Assembly: GCA_043765375.1 (NCBI GenBank)
Contig: JAYUJH010000035.1
Span: 7,348-71,347, forward strand
From: Alphaproteobacteria bacterium
GTDB lineage: Bacteria > Pseudomonadota > Alphaproteobacteria > Rickettsiales > UBA998
Reading direction: 5' to 3'
DNA: 64,000 bases
Shown piece after piece: positions 1 to 10,353 of the stretch. The notes beneath the pieces are model-generated. The model searched no databases. It was not told the DNA's origin and saw nothing but the letters and a program-made list of their open reading frames with translations. Both the position numbers and the translations under genes were made by a program. Numbering within the stretch: the first letter of the stretch is position 1; each line of letters begins with the position of its first letter.

Positions 1-536
1 CCAAGCCTGAACATTTAGCAGCACAATCAGCGAGTAACCGTCAAGGCAGGGGGGAAGTGTTGCAAGGCGAGGCAGCAGAGCGTGCAATTCGCATTATTCA
101 AGGTGATAGTGAGGCGGCTTATGCGCATTATGAAGAGTTGCTCGGTGCGCATGATGGCGGTGCAGAAAATAATATTGCAGGGGAAGGAGATGAGGGGTTG
201 GCGCGAGAGCTTGCCCGCATGATTTTACCCGTGAATTATTATACTCAATGGTATTGGAAGATTGATTTACATAATTTGTTGCATTTTTTGGCGTTGAGAG
301 CAGATTCTCACGCCCAATATGAGATTCGTGAATATGCAAATGCGATGTTGGATATGGTTAAAGCGTGGGTTCCTGTGACGTATCAAGCATTTATGGATTA
401 TCGGGCTGATGCAGCATTGCTTTCAAGCGGGGCTTTGTCAGTGATTAAGCGAATGCTTGCGGGTGAGGATATATCACAGCAAGATTCTGGGCTATCCAAG
501 CGTGAATGGGACGAATTACAAATATTATTGAGGTAG
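1..536 (+). CDS. thyX: Flavin-dependent thymidylate synthase ThyX, C-terminal part (5' end outside window)
   Basis: The frame is open from the window edge to the stop at 536. The block RMILPVNYYTQWYWKIDLHNLLHFLALRADSHAQYEIREYA matches the conserved ThyX C-terminal region. Confidence 0.85.
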   Translation, partial: KPEHLAAQSASNRQGRGEVLQGEAAERAIRIIQGDSEAAYAHYEELLGAHDGGAENNIAGEGDEGLARELARMILPVNYYTQWYWKIDLHNLLHFLALRADSHAQYEIREYANAMLDMVKAWVPVTYQAFMDYRADAALLSSGALSVIKRMLAGEDISQQDSGLSKREWDELQILLR

Positions 537-539
537 AAC

Positions 540-1091
540 ATGAATCATACAGATGATAAAATATATTATGGCACAACAATTTTAGTGGTACGTAAGGGTA
601 ATGAGGTGGTGTTGGCTGGTGACGGTCAGGTGAGCCTTGGGGCAACAGTGATTAAAGCCTCGGCAAAAAAAGTCCGCACCCTTGCTGATGGTTCAATTAT
701 AGCGGGATTTGCGGGGGCAACGGCTGATGCTTTCACTTTGTTTGAGAGGTTGGAGGCGAAGTTGGATAAGCACCCGCAGCAATTGGCTCGGGCATGTGTG
801 GAGTTGGCTAAAGATTGGCGTGGCGACAGATATTTGCGCAAATTGGAGGCGATGATGCTGGTGGCTGATGCAACTGCTACATTTATTTTAACGGGTAATG
901 GCGATGTGCTGGAGCCTGAAGATGGCGTAGCGGGGATTGGCTCGGGCGGGAATTATGCGCTTTCGGCGGCTCGTGCATTGGTTGAAAATACTGAGCTTGG
1001 GGCGGAAGATATTGTGCGCATATCCATGAAAATTGCATCAGATATTTGTGTTTATACTAATAATAATCTCACAATATTGCGCTTAGATTGA
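540..1091 (+). CDS. hslV: ATP-dependent protease subunit HslV
   Basis: 183 aa. [23 protein letters not shown] and [14 protein letters not shown] are typical of HslV. No hslU follows. Confidence 0.9.
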   Translation: MNHTDDKIYYGTTILVVRKGNEVVLAGDGQVSLGATVIKASAKKVRTLADGSIIAGFAGATADAFTLFERLEAKLDKHPQQLARACVELAKDWRGDRYLRKLEAMMLVADATATFILTGNGDVLEPEDGVAGIGSGGNYALSAARALVENTELGAEDIVRISMKIASDICVYTNNNLTILRLD

Positions 1092-1115
1092 TTGAAAATA
1101 CTGGGAAGATTAAAT

Positions 1116-1143
1116 AAAAATAATGCGTAACGCATTTTGTTGT
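1116..1143 (+). terminator. Candidate intrinsic terminator after hslV
   Basis: Hairpin aatgcg-taa-cgcatt followed by the T-rich ttgttgttg. The loop is short, so this is only moderate. Confidence 0.35.
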
Positions 1144-1172
1144 TGACAACTGACGCTAAAATTGGTTTATAC
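1144..1172 (+). promoter_or_regulatory. Candidate promoter for the rplP-led ribosomal protein cluster
   Basis: Perfect TTGACA at 1144-1149. The -10 candidates 17-19 nt downstream (tttata/tatacg) are imperfect. Confidence 0.25.
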
Positions 1173-1218
1173 GTTATTCCTTATTTGAAGATGTTAAAAA
1201 AATAAACAGGTAAATGAA

Positions 1219-1632
1219 ATGTTAACTCCAAAGCGAACTAAATATCGCAAGCAACATAAAGGCAGAATACACGGTCTTGCTAAAGGCGGAGCTGAGCTTA
1301 ACTTTGGTATTTACGGTCTTAAGGCGATGGAGCCAGAGCGCATAACGGCTCGCCAAATTGAGGCTTCTCGTCGTGCGATTAACAGGCATTTGCGCCGTTC
1401 GGGAAGATTGTGGATTCGTATGTTTCCAGATGTTCCAGTATCAGCAAAGCCAGCTGAAGTTCGTATGGGTAAAGGAAAAGGTTCGGTTGAGTTTTGGGTT
1501 TGCAAAGTTAAGCCGGGCAGAATATTATTTGAACTTGACGGCGTTGAGGAAGAAATGGCTAGAGGTGCTTTTGAAAGGGCGGCTGCAAAACTTCCAATTA
1601 AAACTAAGTTCGTTTCAAGGGTTGGAGTTTAA
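1219..1632 (+). CDS. rplP: 50S ribosomal protein L16
   Basis: 137 aa. [16 protein letters not shown] and the rest match L16, and the gene order is conserved. Confidence 0.95.
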   Translation: MLTPKRTKYRKQHKGRIHGLAKGGAELNFGIYGLKAMEPERITARQIEASRRAINRHLRRSGRLWIRMFPDVPVSAKPAEVRMGKGKGSVEFWVCKVKPGRILFELDGVEEEMARGAFERAAAKLPIKTKFVSRVGV

Positions 1633-1634
1633 TT

Positions 1635-1832
1635 ATGTCTGTAACTAAAATGAAAGATTTTTCTGGAAAAACCAAGGCTGAATTGTTAACGGTGATAGCA
1701 GATTATAAAAGAGAGCTAATGAATCTGCGCTTTCAAAAAGTTGCAGGGCAGCTTGAGAATCCTTCTCGCTTTAAGCAAGTTAGAGTGGCGATAGCTCATG
1801 CTTATACCGAAATAAATAAGAATAAAGGTTGA
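1635..1832 (+). CDS. rpmC: 50S ribosomal protein L29
   Basis: 65 aa. ELMNLRFQKVAGQLENPSRFKQVR matches L29, and it follows rplP. Confidence 0.9.
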   Translation: MSVTKMKDFSGKTKAELLTVIADYKRELMNLRFQKVAGQLENPSRFKQVRVAIAHAYTEINKNKG

Positions 1833-1835
1833 TTT

Positions 1836-2072
1836 ATGCCAAAAAGAATATTACAAGGTGTTGTGGTAAGTGATAAAGCAAATAAAACTATATCAGTTTT
1901 GGTTGAACGTCAAATAGCACACCCGATTTACAAAAAGTTTATTCGTCGCTCAAAAAAATATGCGGCGCACGATGAAAATAATGTTTGTAAAATCGGTGAT
2001 AAAGTAAGAATAATTGAATGCGCTCCAATATCCAAGACAAAAACTTGGACAGTTGTTGCGGAAGGGATTTAG
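1836..2072 (+). CDS. rpsQ: 30S ribosomal protein S17
   Basis: 78 aa. [20 protein letters not shown]...HPIYKKF matches S17. Confidence 0.92.
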   Translation: MPKRILQGVVVSDKANKTISVLVERQIAHPIYKKFIRRSKKYAAHDENNVCKIGDKVRIIECAPISKTKTWTVVAEGI

Positions 2073-2076
2073 TGCT

Positions 2077-2445
2077 ATGATACAAATGCAATCCATATTA
2101 GAAGTCGCAGACAACTCTGGTGCAAAAAAAGTTCAGTGCATTAAGGTTCTAGGTGGTTCAAAGCATAATATTGCTTCAGTTGGTGATGTGATAGTTGTGT
2201 CAGTGAAAGAAGCTCTGCCCCGTGGTAGGGTTAAAAAGGGAACGGTTCAGAGAGCGGTGATAGTTCGCACGGCAAAAGACATAAAAAGATCTGATGGAAC
2301 AGTGATTCGTTTTGATAAAAATGCAGCAGTTTTGTTGAATAAGCAAAATGAGCCAATAGGAACTCGTATTTTTGGACCAGTTGTTCGTGAGTTACGAGCT
2401 AAGCGTTTTATGAAAATAGTCTCGTTAGCTCCAGAAGTGTTGTAA
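2077..2445 (+). CDS. rplN: 50S ribosomal protein L14
   Basis: [28 protein letters not shown] chose the ATG at 2077; the ORF-track start at 2014 overlaps rpsQ. Confidence 0.95.
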   Translation: MIQMQSILEVADNSGAKKVQCIKVLGGSKHNIASVGDVIVVSVKEALPRGRVKKGTVQRAVIVRTAKDIKRSDGTVIRFDKNAAVLLNKQNEPIGTRIFGPVVRELRAKRFMKIVSLAPEVL

Positions 2446-2457
2446 TTGAGGGTTGTT

Positions 2458-2766
2458 ATGAAAATTAAAAAAAATGATAAAGTCATAGTTTTAACTGGTA
2501 AATGTAAAGGTGTAATAGGTTCGGTATTGAAATCTTTGCCTTCAGAGAAGAAAATATTTGTTGCTGGTGTGAATGTGGTTAAGAAACATCAAAAAGCAAA
2601 ACTCGGTTCTCCGTCCGGAGTTATTGAGAAAGAATTGCCTATATCAGTTTCAAATGTGGCTTATTATGATGAGAAATTATCAAAACCTTCACGGGTTGGA
2701 TACAGATTCTTGGAAGATGGAACTAAAGTTCGCTTTTCAAAAGTGTCTGGCGAACAAATTAATTAA
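2458..2766 (+). CDS. rplX: 50S ribosomal protein L24
   Basis: [18 protein letters not shown] is a KOW motif. I prefer the ATG at 2458 over the TTG at 2446. Confidence 0.9.
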   Translation: MKIKKNDKVIVLTGKCKGVIGSVLKSLPSEKKIFVAGVNVVKKHQKAKLGSPSGVIEKELPISVSNVAYYDEKLSKPSRVGYRFLEDGTKVRFSKVSGEQIN

Positions 2767-2780
2767 TCGGTTGGTATATA

Positions 2781-3323
2781 ATGTCTAGAGCAAAATTGCA
2801 ATATGAAGAACAGATTAAAAAGGTGATGCAAGAAAAGTTCGCTTATTCAAGCAGCATGCAAGTGCCTAAAATATCAAAAATAATACTCAACATGGGTGTT
2901 AGTGAGTGTGTTAATGACAGTAAGGCAGTGCAAAAAGCTGCTGACGACTTAACATTAATGGCTGGTCAAAAATCCGTGATAACTCGGGCGAAAAAATCTG
3001 AGGCTGGCTTTAAGATTCGCGAAAATATGCCCGTTGGTTGTAAGGTCACTTTACGTGGACAAAAAATGTATGAGTTCATAGATAGATTAATAAATGTTGC
3101 CATGCCGAGAATAAGAGATTTCAGGGGGCTGAACGTAAAAAGTTTTGACGGCAGAGGAAACTATGCCTTTGGGATTAAGGAGCATATAGTATTTCCAGAG
3201 ATAGATTATGATAGAGTGGACAAGATACGCGGATTTGATATAATAATAGCAACAACTGCTAGGACTAATGAAGAGGCTAAAGAGCTTTTGCATGGTTTTG
3301 ATTTTCCATTTAGAGCTAATTGA
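2781..3323 (+). CDS. rplE: 50S ribosomal protein L5
   Basis: 180 aa. [34 protein letters not shown] matches L5. Confidence 0.95.
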   Translation: MSRAKLQYEEQIKKVMQEKFAYSSSMQVPKISKIILNMGVSECVNDSKAVQKAADDLTLMAGQKSVITRAKKSEAGFKIRENMPVGCKVTLRGQKMYEFIDRLINVAMPRIRDFRGLNVKSFDGRGNYAFGIKEHIVFPEIDYDRVDKIRGFDIIIATTARTNEEAKELLHGFDFPFRAN

Positions 3324-3335
3324 GGAGATTTAATT

Positions 3336-3641
3336 ATGGCTAAAAAAAGTTCAGTAGAGCGCAATGATAAAAGAAAAAGAATGATAAGTTCTTATGCGAA
3401 TAAAAGAGCAGCTCTAAAAGTTATAACATGTGATAGAAGCTTATCTTTTGAAGATAGATTGGAAGCGCAAGTAAGATTAGGTGAATTGCCAAGGAACTCA
3501 TCTAAGGTTAGGTATCGCAATAGGTGTGGAGTGACTGGTCGCTCAAGGGGATATTACAGAAAGTTTGATATGTCTAGAATTGCCTTGAGAGAGCTCGGCA
3601 ATTTTGGTGAGATACCTGGTTTAATTAAGGCGAGTTGGTAA
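3336..3641 (+). CDS. rpsN: 30S ribosomal protein S14 (long form)
   Basis: 101 aa. RNRCGVTGRSRGYYRKFDMSRIALRELGNFGEIPGLIKASW matches S14. Confidence 0.93.
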   Translation: MAKKSSVERNDKRKRMISSYANKRAALKVITCDRSLSFEDRLEAQVRLGELPRNSSKVRYRNRCGVTGRSRGYYRKFDMSRIALRELGNFGEIPGLIKASW

Positions 3642-3647
3642 GGATTT

Positions 3648-4043
3648 ATGGCTATTAATAATATATTATCTGACATGATTGCTAGGATAAAAAATGGGCA
3701 AAGTGCTCATCTGGCAAATATAACAGCTCCATACTCTAATCTTTCAACAAATGTGTTAAAAGTTTTAGAAAGTGAAGGTTATATACGTGGTTGGAGTGAG
3801 ATCAAAGACGGAAATAAAAGGAACTTAGATATTCAATTGAAGTATTTTGAAGGTTTGCCTGCAATAAAATCTATTAAAATGGTTTCAAAGCCAGGGCGCA
3901 GGTCTTATTGTGCAGTATCAGATTTGCAGCCAGTTTATAATGGCTTGGGCATATCAGTTTTGTCCACTGATAAAGGAGTTGTTTCCGACAACGACGCTAG
4001 AGCTAACAAAGTCGGTGGTGAAGTTCTTTGCCAAGTTTTTTAA
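3648..4043 (+). CDS. rpsH: 30S ribosomal protein S8
   Basis: 131 aa. LSDMIARIKNGQSA...GGEVLCQVF matches S8. Confidence 0.93.
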   Translation: MAINNILSDMIARIKNGQSAHLANITAPYSNLSTNVLKVLESEGYIRGWSEIKDGNKRNLDIQLKYFEGLPAIKSIKMVSKPGRRSYCAVSDLQPVYNGLGISVLSTDKGVVSDNDARANKVGGEVLCQVF

Positions 4044-4061
4044 TTTTGTGGAATAATAATT

Positions 4062-4595
4062 ATGTCTCGTGTAGGAAAATTACCAATTCAAATACCCTCT
4101 AATGTAAACATAGAGCTATCAGGCGAAGCGATAAATGTTAAAAGTTCAACTGGCGTTCTGTCGCTATGTTTGACTAAAGATGTTGTTGTTGAAAATGACG
4201 GAAGCTATATAAGAGTTCAGCCAGCTAGAAGAGATGCTCGCTCAATAGCAATGTGGGGAACAACTCGCAGTAGAATTAACAACATGGTAAAGGGTTTATC
4301 TGTTGGATTTACGAGAAACTTAGAAATACGTGGTGTTGGCTATAAAGCTGCGATGTCTGGGAAAATATTGACAATGTCACTTGGATTTAGCCATGAAATT
4401 AAATTGGTAATACCATCTGACGTTGAGTTGAAAGTTGAAAAGCAGACGCAAATAGAAATAAGTGGTGTTGATATCCAAAAGGTTAGCAAAGTCGCTGCGG
4501 AAATTAGGTCACTTAGGAAACCCGAGCCTTATAAAGGTAAAGGAGTCCGATATGTTGGTGAATATGTGAGAATTAAAGAAGGGAAGAAAAAATAA
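4062..4595 (+). CDS. rplF: 50S ribosomal protein L6
   Basis: 177 aa. MSRVGKLPIQIPSNV...PEPYKGKGVRYVGEYVRIKEGKK matches L6. Confidence 0.95.
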   Translation: MSRVGKLPIQIPSNVNIELSGEAINVKSSTGVLSLCLTKDVVVENDGSYIRVQPARRDARSIAMWGTTRSRINNMVKGLSVGFTRNLEIRGVGYKAAMSGKILTMSLGFSHEIKLVIPSDVELKVEKQTQIEISGVDIQKVSKVAAEIRSLRKPEPYKGKGVRYVGEYVRIKEGKKK

Positions 4596-4951
4596 TGTTC
4601 AGCGGTGAAACAAAATTTGATAGAAGAAAAAGAAGAATAAGATATTCAATTAAGCAAAAATCTAAAGGTAAATTGAGATTGTCGGTTCATAGAACTGGCC
4701 AGCATATATACGCTCAAATAATTGATAATGATAATGGGATAACACTAGCTTGCTCATCAACGTTGGATAAGGATTTTGTAGGAACAAAGACCGCAAACAT
4801 TGATGCCGCATTCAAGGTTGGTGAGGCAATAGCTCGCAAAGCAATGTCTGGTAACTTAGATTCAATAGTATTTGATAGAGGCGGTTTCTTGTTTCATGGT
4901 AGAATAAAAGCAGTTGCTGATGGTGCTCGTAAAGCAGGGTTAGTTTTTTAA
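4595..4951 (+). CDS. rplR: 50S ribosomal protein L18
   Basis: 118 aa. RLSVHRTGQHIYAQIID...VFDRGGFLFHGRIKAVADGARKAGL matches L18. Confidence 0.93.
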   Translation: MFSGETKFDRRKRRIRYSIKQKSKGKLRLSVHRTGQHIYAQIIDNDNGITLACSSTLDKDFVGTKTANIDAAFKVGEAIARKAMSGNLDSIVFDRGGFLFHGRIKAVADGARKAGLVF

Positions 4952-4971
4952 CATAGTTTGTGTAGGATTTT

Positions 4972-5553
4972 ATGGTAGTTAATATTGACCAACAAAAAGA
5001 CGGTGAAATAATAGAAAAATTAGTTTCTATAAACCGTGTTGCAAAAGTTGTAAAAGGTGGTCGTAGGTTTGGCTTTGCCGCTCTGGTAGTTACTGGTGAT
5101 GGTAAAGGCAGAGTAGGGTATGGTTCTGGAAAAGCGAAGGAAGTTCCAGAAGCGGTAGCCAAGGCAACCGATGCAGCTAAAAAATCTATGGTAAGGATTC
5201 CCCTGCGCGAATCACGCACTTTGCATTTTGATGTCAAAGGTGAATTTGGTGCAGGAAAAGTTTTGTTACGTTCAGCTCCAGCTGGGACAGGAATTATAGC
5301 GGGTGGGCCAATGCGTGCAGTTTTTGAGGCGTTGGGTGTGCATGATATTGTTGCAAAATCAACAGGAACGTCTAACCCACACAATATGGTGAAGGCAACT
5401 ATGGCGGCGTTAGCAAAAGTTAGTGCGCCAAGAGATGTTGCTGCTCGTAGGGGCTTAAAGGTAGGTGATTTAATCGCTCGTCGTGAAGCTATGTTTGGTA
5501 AAAAATCTCGCCCAACTATAATGTCTGAAACTGAATTATTGGGAGACAACTAA
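4972..5553 (+). CDS. rpsE: 30S ribosomal protein S5
   Basis: 193 aa. [45 protein letters not shown] matches S5. There is a modest C-terminal extension. Confidence 0.95.
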   Translation: MVVNIDQQKDGEIIEKLVSINRVAKVVKGGRRFGFAALVVTGDGKGRVGYGSGKAKEVPEAVAKATDAAKKSMVRIPLRESRTLHFDVKGEFGAGKVLLRSAPAGTGIIAGGPMRAVFEALGVHDIVAKSTGTSNPHNMVKATMAALAKVSAPRDVAARRGLKVGDLIARREAMFGKKSRPTIMSETELLGDN

Positions 5554-5744
5554 TGAATGCTGTTGAGAAAACTATAATAGTTGAACAAATTGGAAGTCCA
5601 ATAGGTAGGAAAGATTATCAACGCCAAACACTAGTTGGCCTTGGCTTGAATAAAATGCACCGCACAAAAACATTGATAGATACACCTGAAGTTCGTGGTA
5701 TGGTTCGTAGGGTTCACCATTTAGTAAGAATAATTGAGGGTTAA
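5553..5744 (+). CDS. rpmD: 50S ribosomal protein L30
   Basis: 63 aa. It lies between rpsE and rplO, and [25 protein letters not shown] matches L30. Confidence 0.9.
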   Translation: MNAVEKTIIVEQIGSPIGRKDYQRQTLVGLGLNKMHRTKTLIDTPEVRGMVRRVHHLVRIIEG

Positions 5745-5745
5745 A

Positions 5746-6207
5746 ATGATTTTATTGAACGAATTACATGATAATGATGGGTCTAAAAAAAATAGAATAA
5801 GAGTAGGTCGTGGAATTGGCTCAGGAAAGGGTAAAACTTGCGGGCGTGGTGAAAAAGGTCAAAAATCAAGGAGTGGTGTAGCCATAAAAGGTTTTGAAGG
5901 CGGGCAGATGCCTGTATTTCGTAGATTGCCGAAAAGAGGATTTAACAATATATTTAGAACTGAATATGAAGTGGTAAACCTGTTTCAGCTGCAGCAATGT
6001 GTTGATGATAACAAAATTGTAATAGGTTCAATTGTTGATAAATCAGTTTTATTTGAACTGGGATTAATTAGGTCTAGTAAAAACCTAGTGAAACTGCTTG
6101 GCAATGGTGCATTAGAGAATCCACTTGATATAAGATTAGACGCTATTTCTAAATCTGCTTCAGATGTAATAAACAAAGTAGGTGGAAAGGCTTCATCACA
6201 TGCTTAA
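5746..6207 (+). CDS. rplO: 50S ribosomal protein L15
   Basis: RVGRGIGSGKGKTCGRGEKGQKSRSG matches L15. I chose the ATG at 5746; the TTG at 5734 is an alternative. Confidence 0.92.
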   Translation: MILLNELHDNDGSKKNRIRVGRGIGSGKGKTCGRGEKGQKSRSGVAIKGFEGGQMPVFRRLPKRGFNNIFRTEYEVVNLFQLQQCVDDNKIVIGSIVDKSVLFELGLIRSSKNLVKLLGNGALENPLDIRLDAISKSASDVINKVGGKASSHA

Positions 6208-6221
6208 AGCGGTTGCGTCAA

Positions 6222-7535
6222 ATGAGCAAAATTAAAGCCAACAATTTAGGTGTGTTTAATAAATCATCTGAATTAAAGTCTAGAATATTGTTTGTTATAT
6301 TGTGCCTAGTAATATACAGACTGGGGACTTATATTCCAGTTGCCGGTATAGATTCAGCTATTTTGAAATCTATATTTGAAAAACAATCATCCGGTGCCTT
6401 AGGGATATTTAATCTTCTCTCTGGCGGTGCATTGGGGCGAATGACAATTTTTGCGCTTGCCATAATGCCATATATTTCTGCATCTATAATCATTCAATTG
6501 CTTACAATAGCTGTTCCATATTTATCATCGTTAAAAAAAGATGGTGAAGCTGGAAGAAGAAAAATTAGTCAATACACACGTTACTCCGCAGTATTACTTG
6601 CTATGATTCAAGGATATGGGATATCAGTTGGTATGGAAAATATGAGTGTGGAAGGCAAAGATGTTGTGATTGCATCGGGCTCACTATTTCGTGTTTCAAC
6701 CACGATTACATTAGCTGGGGGAACCATGCTGTTAATGTGGTTGGGTGAGCAGATGACCTCACGTGGAATTGGTAATGGAATATCACTGATAATTTTTACA
6801 GGAATTGTAGCTGAAATACCAGCTGGCTTTGCATCGCTTGGTAATCTAAACATTAGCGCATTATCTATAATTTTGATATTATTATTTGCTATCTCATTAA
6901 TGGGATTAATTGTTTTTGTGGAGCGAGCGCAGCGAAAAATATTAGTTCAATATCCAAAAAAACAAGTAGGTAATAAAATATATAACGGTGAAAAAACTCA
7001 TTTACCGTTGAAAATAAACACCGCTGGGGTAATTCCACCAATTTTTGCAAGCTCAATATTGCTTTTTCCGCTAACAATTGCTAATTTTAATAGTGAGAAT
7101 GCACCAAATTGGTTATTATTTTTAACTTCATATTTAGGGCATGGTCAACCAGCTTATATAATGCTATATGTTGCAATAATAATGTTTTTCTGCTTTTTTT
7201 ATACGTCAATAGTGTTTAACTCGGAGGAGACGGCGGAAAATCTAAAGAAAAATGGCGGGTTCATAGCTGGAGTAAGACCGGGGCAACAAACTGCAAATTA
7301 TTTTGATAATGTTTTGACGAGATTAACAGTTATTGGTGCGATATATTTGTCATTCATTTGTGTTGTGCCAGAGTTTTTGGTTGCTAAATATTCAATCCCG
7401 TTTTTCTTAGGCGGAACAAGTTTATTGATTGTGGTTAATGTTATAATGGATTTTATAACTCAAGTTCAATCACATTTATTTGCCAATCAATATGAGCATC
7501 TTATCAAAAAAGCACAATTGAAAGGAAGGAAATAA
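6222..7535 (+). CDS. secY: Preprotein translocase subunit SecY
   Basis: About 437 aa and multi-TM. GALGRMTIFALAIMPYISASIIIQLL and WLGEQMTSRGIGNGISLIIF match SecY. I chose the ATG at 6222. Confidence 0.95.
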   Translation: MSKIKANNLGVFNKSSELKSRILFVILCLVIYRLGTYIPVAGIDSAILKSIFEKQSSGALGIFNLLSGGALGRMTIFALAIMPYISASIIIQLLTIAVPYLSSLKKDGEAGRRKISQYTRYSAVLLAMIQGYGISVGMENMSVEGKDVVIASGSLFRVSTTITLAGGTMLLMWLGEQMTSRGIGNGISLIIFTGIVAEIPAGFASLGNLNISALSIILILLFAISLMGLIVFVERAQRKILVQYPKKQVGNKIYNGEKTHLPLKINTAGVIPPIFASSILLFPLTIANFNSENAPNWLLFLTSYLGHGQPAYIMLYVAIIMFFCFFYTSIVFNSEETAENLKKNGGFIAGVRPGQQTANYFDNVLTRLTVIGAIYLSFICVVPEFLVAKYSIPFFLGGTSLLIVVNVIMDFITQVQSHLFANQYEHLIKKAQLKGRK

Positions 7536-8189
7536 ATGCGTTTGATTTTACTTGGCCCCCCAGGAGCAGGAAAAGGAACGCAAGCATCATTTTTGGCGCG
7601 CAATTATAATATTGAGAAACTATCAACTGGTGACATGTTGAGGCAAGCCGCTGCTAACAAAGATGATTTTGGCTTGAAATTGCAAAATGTAATGAGTGCT
7701 GGCGGGCTAGTAAGTGACGAAATAATTGTTGAAATAATAGCTAAAGAAATAATAAAGCCAAATTGTGCCAAAGGATTTATTTTAGATGGTTTTCCACGAA
7801 CTTTGCCGCAAGCAAAATCACTGGATTTGATGCTTGAGGAACGTGGTTTATTGATAGATTATGTTATAGAATTAGCGGTTGATTATGACGCTTTAATTAA
7901 GAGGATATCTGGAAGATTTGCTTGTGCAAATTGCGGTGAGGGTTATCATGATACATATAAAAATCCTTTAATTTCAGGTGTTTGTGATGTTTGTGGCGGA
8001 GTTGATTTCACTCGCAGGCAAGATGATAAAGCTGAAACAGTTGCAAAAAGATTGCAATCATATCAAGAACAAACAGCGCCATTATTGCCGTATTATGACG
8101 GTAAAAAAATGCTAAAAAAAATCAATGGAATGTTAGAAATGCACGAAGTTAAAGCGCAAATCAAAGCCATTTTTACTAATATTATTTAA
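7536..8189 (+). CDS. adk: Adenylate kinase
   Basis: MRLILLGPPGAGKGTQ is the P-loop. The lid carries a CxxC...CxxC zinc motif. Confidence 0.95.
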   Translation: MRLILLGPPGAGKGTQASFLARNYNIEKLSTGDMLRQAAANKDDFGLKLQNVMSAGGLVSDEIIVEIIAKEIIKPNCAKGFILDGFPRTLPQAKSLDLMLEERGLLIDYVIELAVDYDALIKRISGRFACANCGEGYHDTYKNPLISGVCDVCGGVDFTRRQDDKAETVAKRLQSYQEQTAPLLPYYDGKKMLKKINGMLEMHEVKAQIKAIFTNII

Positions 8190-8198
8190 GAGGAATAT

Positions 8199-10352
8199 AT
8201 GTTTAACATCACAAAAAAATCAATTGAATGGGGCGGAAAAACGCTAACACTTGAAACTGGAAAAATTGCTCGCCAAGCTGACGGTGCAATAATGCTAGAT
8301 TATGATGGCGTGGTTTTGCTTTGCACAGTCGTTGCTGCAAAAAAACCGAAGCCAGATTTAGATTTTTTCCCGTTGACGGTTCATTATCAGGAAAAAACTT
8401 TCGCTGGTGGAAAAATACCAGGTGGTTTTTTTAAGCGTGAGGGCAGACCATCTGAACGTGAGATTTTAATTTCAAGGTTGATTGATCGTCCTATAAGACC
8501 ATTATTTCCTGATGAGTTTCGCAATGAAACACAAATAATATGCACGCTTTTGTCAACCGATAAAGTTAATTTTACTGATATAGCCGCCATAATTGGAGCA
8601 GCCGCTGCTTTGACTGTATCAGGTATTCCATTTTTGGGCCCAATTGCTGCTGCCCGAGTTGCTTATATTGATGGTGCTTACGTTCTCAACCCTGATATGC
8701 AACAGCTTGAGCAAAGTTCGCTTGATTTGGTTGTGGCTGGAACGGATAGTTCTGTGTTAATGGTGGAATCAGAAGCGCAAGAGCTTTCTGAGGAAATTAT
8801 GCTTGGTGCGGTTAAGTTTGGTCATGATGAAATCCGCAAAATCACTGATTTTATTGTGGATTTTGCTGAGCATTGTGCTAAAGAACCTTGGGATTTGAAG
8901 GCAGTTGAAGGTTTGGACGAGCTTTATGCTAAAGTTAAATCTGGCTTTGAGATTGATTTTTTAGAGGCGTATAAAATACGTGACAAACAACAGCGTCAAA
9001 CTCGCTTGAAAGAAATTAAAGATAGTATTATTTTATCAGTTGCTGATACGGGTTTTAGCTCGGTGCAGGTGAGCGACGCTGTAAAAAAATTGGAAATGAG
9101 CGTTGTTCGTGGTGATTTAATTAAAAATAAAACACGCATAGATGGACGAGATTTGACAACAATACGTCAAATTGAAGCGGAAGCTGGATTATTGCCTCTG
9201 ACACATGGTTCTGCATTATTTACTCGTGGAGAAACACAAGCAATAGTTGTGGCGACACTTGGAACTTCGCAAGATGAGCAAATTATTGATGCGCTTGAAG
9301 GTGAGTATAAAGAACGTTTTATGTTACATTATAATTTTCCTCCTTATAGCACTGGTGAGTCATATCCGATGCGTTCTCCGGGTAGGCGTGAAATTGGTCA
9401 TGGTAAATTGGCTTGGCGGGCAATTCGTCCACTTTTGCCAGCGCATGAAGATTTTCCATATACAATAAGGGTGGTATCAGAAATTACCGAGTCAAATGGT
9501 TCATCATCAATGGCGACAATATGTGGTGCATCGCTTGCTTTGATGGACGCAGGAGTGCCGATTTCTCGCCCAGTTGCAGGAATTGCAATGGGGTTGATTA
9601 AAGAAGGTGATGAGTTTGTTGTTTTATCTGATATTTTGGGTGATGAAGATCATTTAGGGGATATGGATTTCAAAGTTGCGGGAACAGAAATTGGTATAAC
9701 TGCTTTGCAAATGGATATAAAAATTAATGGTATAACCATTGAAATTATGAAAGTTTCGCTAGAGCAAGCCAAAAATGGGCGTGCGGTGATTTTGCAAAAA
9801 ATGGCAAATGCTTTGACAGCAGCTCGTGAAGAAGTTAGCGAGAATGCTCCAGCAGTGACTAGTATTAGCATAAGTCGTGATAAAATCCGTGAGGTAATTG
9901 GAACGGGCGGTAAAATTATTCGTGAAATATGTGAAACAACTGGTGCAAAAATTGATATTGATGAAGACGGATCAGTGCGGATTTATGCGGTGAATGCAAC
10001 TCAAGCAAATGCTGCAAAAAATTGGATAATAGGGATTGTTGCTGAACCAGAAGTTGGGGCAATTTATGATGGCAAAGTTGTGACTATCGTTGATTTTGGT
10101 GCATTTGTTAATTTCATTGGTAACAGCGAAGGCTTGGTTCATGTAAGTGAAATCACAGGCGAGCGAATTGCTGATGTTCACTCAGTGTTAAAAATCGGTG
10201 ATAAAGTCAAGGTTAAATTAGTTGAAATGGATTCACGAGGCAAGTTCAGGCTTTCCATGCGAGCAGTTAATCAAGAAACTGGTGAAGAAATTGAATTGCC
10301 TCAGGAAGAAGAAGGAGAACGCTCCAAAAAACCACGTCGCCAGAAAGATTAA
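8199..10352 (+). CDS. pnp: Polyribonucleotide nucleotidyltransferase (PNPase)
   Basis: 717 aa with two RNase PH-like halves plus KH and S1 domains. [14 protein letters not shown] and [13 protein letters not shown] are present. Confidence 0.95.
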   Translation: MFNITKKSIEWGGKTLTLETGKIARQADGAIMLDYDGVVLLCTVVAAKKPKPDLDFFPLTVHYQEKTFAGGKIPGGFFKREGRPSEREILISRLIDRPIRPLFPDEFRNETQIICTLLSTDKVNFTDIAAIIGAAAALTVSGIPFLGPIAAARVAYIDGAYVLNPDMQQLEQSSLDLVVAGTDSSVLMVESEAQELSEEIMLGAVKFGHDEIRKITDFIVDFAEHCAKEPWDLKAVEGLDELYAKVKSGFEIDFLEAYKIRDKQQRQTRLKEIKDSIILSVADTGFSSVQVSDAVKKLEMSVVRGDLIKNKTRIDGRDLTTIRQIEAEAGLLPLTHGSALFTRGETQAIVVATLGTSQDEQIIDALEGEYKERFMLHYNFPPYSTGESYPMRSPGRREIGHGKLAWRAIRPLLPAHEDFPYTIRVVSEITESNGSSSMATICGASLALMDAGVPISRPVAGIAMGLIKEGDEFVVLSDILGDEDHLGDMDFKVAGTEIGITALQMDIKINGITIEIMKVSLEQAKNGRAVILQKMANALTAAREEVSENAPAVTSISISRDKIREVIGTGGKIIREICETTGAKIDIDEDGSVRIYAVNATQANAAKNWIIGIVAEPEVGAIYDGKVVTIVDFGAFVNFIGNSEGLVHVSEITGERIADVHSVLKIGDKVKVKLVEMDSRGKFRLSMRAVNQETGEEIELPQEEEGERSKKPRRQKD

Positions 10353-10353
10353 T

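Noticed and set aside
4812-5549. 245-aa ORF antisense to rpsE/rplR.
   Set aside because: It lies entirely opposite the strongly conserved S5 and L18 genes and has low-complexity, Ser/Pro/Ala-rich composition. This is the typical shadow ORF of a gene whose opposite strand happens to lack stop codons.
10222-10353. N-terminal 44-codon extension of the ABC ATPase ORF, overlapping the end of pnp.
   Set aside because: The conserved ABC N-terminus begins at the ATG at 10354, right after the pnp stop. The extension is simply the alternative frame of pnp.
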